Assembly (NCBI GenBank): GCA_965248755.1
Contig: OZ252149.1
Location: 2,432,001 to 2,496,000, forward strand
Direction: 5' to 3'
DNA: 64,000 nucleotides
Source: Candidatus Latescibacterota bacterium
GTDB taxonomy: Bacteria > Latescibacterota > CBDEFO01
A program made the position numbers and the translations under genes. Position 1 is the stretch's first letter. Every line of letters starts with the position of its first letter. The notes beneath the pieces were generated by a model. The model was not told the origin of the DNA. It ran no database searches and saw nothing but the letters and a program-made list of their open reading frames with translations. This document shows positions 62,807-64,000 of this stretch, piece by piece.

Positions 62807-64000
62807 ATGATCAGACTAAGCGTCATCCTGCTCTTATTCTTGGGCTTCGTCAGCCCTCTCTACGCGGCGGAGAAAAGGGCCTTATTGATCGGTGTTAACG
62901 ATTACACCAAAGGACCTGACGACTGGGATCTGCGCGGGTGTGAGAACGATGTCCTGATGACCTCGGAATTGCTGGCCACAAAATTCGGTTTCCCTGAGGA
63001 GAACATCAAGGTGCTTCTGAGTGCTGAGGCCACTGCTCAGAACATCACCAGTGCCATTGAGGATTGGCTTATTTCCGATACCGAGCCTGAAGATATTGTC
63101 TATTTCCACTTCAGCGGGCACGGCTCCCAGGCCAGGGACCTGGACGGTGACGAAGAGGACGGTATGGACGAGCTGATCTGCCCCAGTGATATGCTACCGG
63201 GAAATCTGAGAACAGTCATTACGGACGATCAACTCAAGGACTTGCTGGACCGCATTCCCTCAAGAAACGTTACGGTCGTCTTGGACGCCTGTCACTCGGG
63301 CACAGGCACGCGTGATATTTCCCTCTCCAGACCCCGCTTTGTGGATTTCACCATGGGCGAAAGTGATGAAACCCGGGCCGTTGTTGTGACCGAAGCCAAG
63401 CCCCAACCTTCTTCTCAACAACCTTCTCCCGTCAAAGAGGATCTCCCCCAGAACAAGCTGGAAAAGCCCCCAGGCAGTGCGGGAATGGAGGGCGGGAAGC
63501 AACTGCGGGTGACCATCTCCGGCTGCAAACCGGAGCAGACTTCGGCGGACGCCTGGATTAGTGAGGATTTTTATGCCGGGGCGTTGACTTACAATCTTAT
63601 TGAAAATATGAAGAGGGCACCTGCTGATATCACCTATCGTGAGTTGATGGAGCGCGTGGTGCGTGATGTGGCAGCCATGCCTCAGAGGCAGATACCCCAG
63701 GTTGAAGGCGATATGGACCTCCCGCTCTTCGGTACTCCAATACCGGATGCCGTGACCACACCTTTTGCATTGATCGAGTCTGTGGAAGGTAAAAAGGTTA
63801 CTTTAGGAATAGGTACTGCGCAAAAAGTGACCGTAGGTTCGATCTATACGGTTTTCCCCCAAGGAGAAACGGCGTTTGAAGGCAGTGGATTGGGAAACAT
63901 CAAGATCACCAAGGTTATGGACACGGCTTCAGCAGCTGTGATACTTGATGAGGCGGATATTAAACAAGGGTATCGCGCTAGGGAAATCCTGCACAATTTT
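62807..64000 (+). CDS. Secreted metacaspase (peptidase C14), runs off the window; absent from ORF track
   Basis: MIRLSVILLLFLGFVSPLYA signal; KRALLIGVNDY, LRGCEND, FHFSGHG, LDACHSG. Confidence 0.92.
   Translation, partial: MIRLSVILLLFLGFVSPLYAAEKRALLIGVNDYTKGPDDWDLRGCENDVLMTSELLATKFGFPEENIKVLLSAEATAQNITSAIEDWLISDTEPEDIVYFHFSGHGSQARDLDGDEEDGMDELICPSDMLPGNLRTVITDDQLKDLLDRIPSRNVTVVLDACHSGTGTRDISLSRPRFVDFTMGESDETRAVVVTEAKPQPSSQQPSPVKEDLPQNKLEKPPGSAGMEGGKQLRVTISGCKPEQTSADAWISEDFYAGALTYNLIENMKRAPADITYRELMERVVRDVAAMPQRQIPQVEGDMDLPLFGTPIPDAVTTPFALIESVEGKKVTLGIGTAQKVTVGSIYTVFPQGETAFEGSGLGNIKITKVMDTASAAVILDEADIKQGYRAREILHNF

Overview
Bacterial window; the cohesin/dockerin, FlgD/T9SS-tail and PorV-like proteins suggest an FCB-group organism such as Latescibacterota (inference). 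After two probable host genes (livM-like permease, SurA/PpiD-like foldase), nearly everything from about 2.4 kb looks like an accreted genomic island. (1) 2.7-8.1 kb: three IS3 copies that broke a GajB-like UvrD helicase and the 3' end of a large serine recombinase (LSR). (2) 8.1-16 kb: a replicative element core with LSR, RHH protein, its own sigma factor with two matching promoter motifs, primase-helicase and an iteron origin, but no capsid or conjugation genes. (3) 16.5-28.4 kb: a duplicated regulatory cargo (3 MpsC/DUF2294, 3 ECF sigma genes, Lrp/AsnC, GNAT, Kef-type antiporter) with a tandem attenuator-like leader and a structured non-coding three-unit array containing nested 17-bp repeats. 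(4) Three co-oriented 130-bp junction repeats at 32.2, 39.2 and 46.8 kb, each encoding an intact variant of the 42-aa C-terminal tail of the second LSR and bracketing two approximately 7-kb blocks of surface-protein genes. (5) IS256, IS1380, an IS3-derived MITE and a secreted metacaspase / giant adhesin cluster. A 23-bp palindrome is found inserted at several unrelated sites, including in frame in genes. No rRNA, tRNA or CRISPR array was seen. All family assignments are by eye from motifs; no database search was run.
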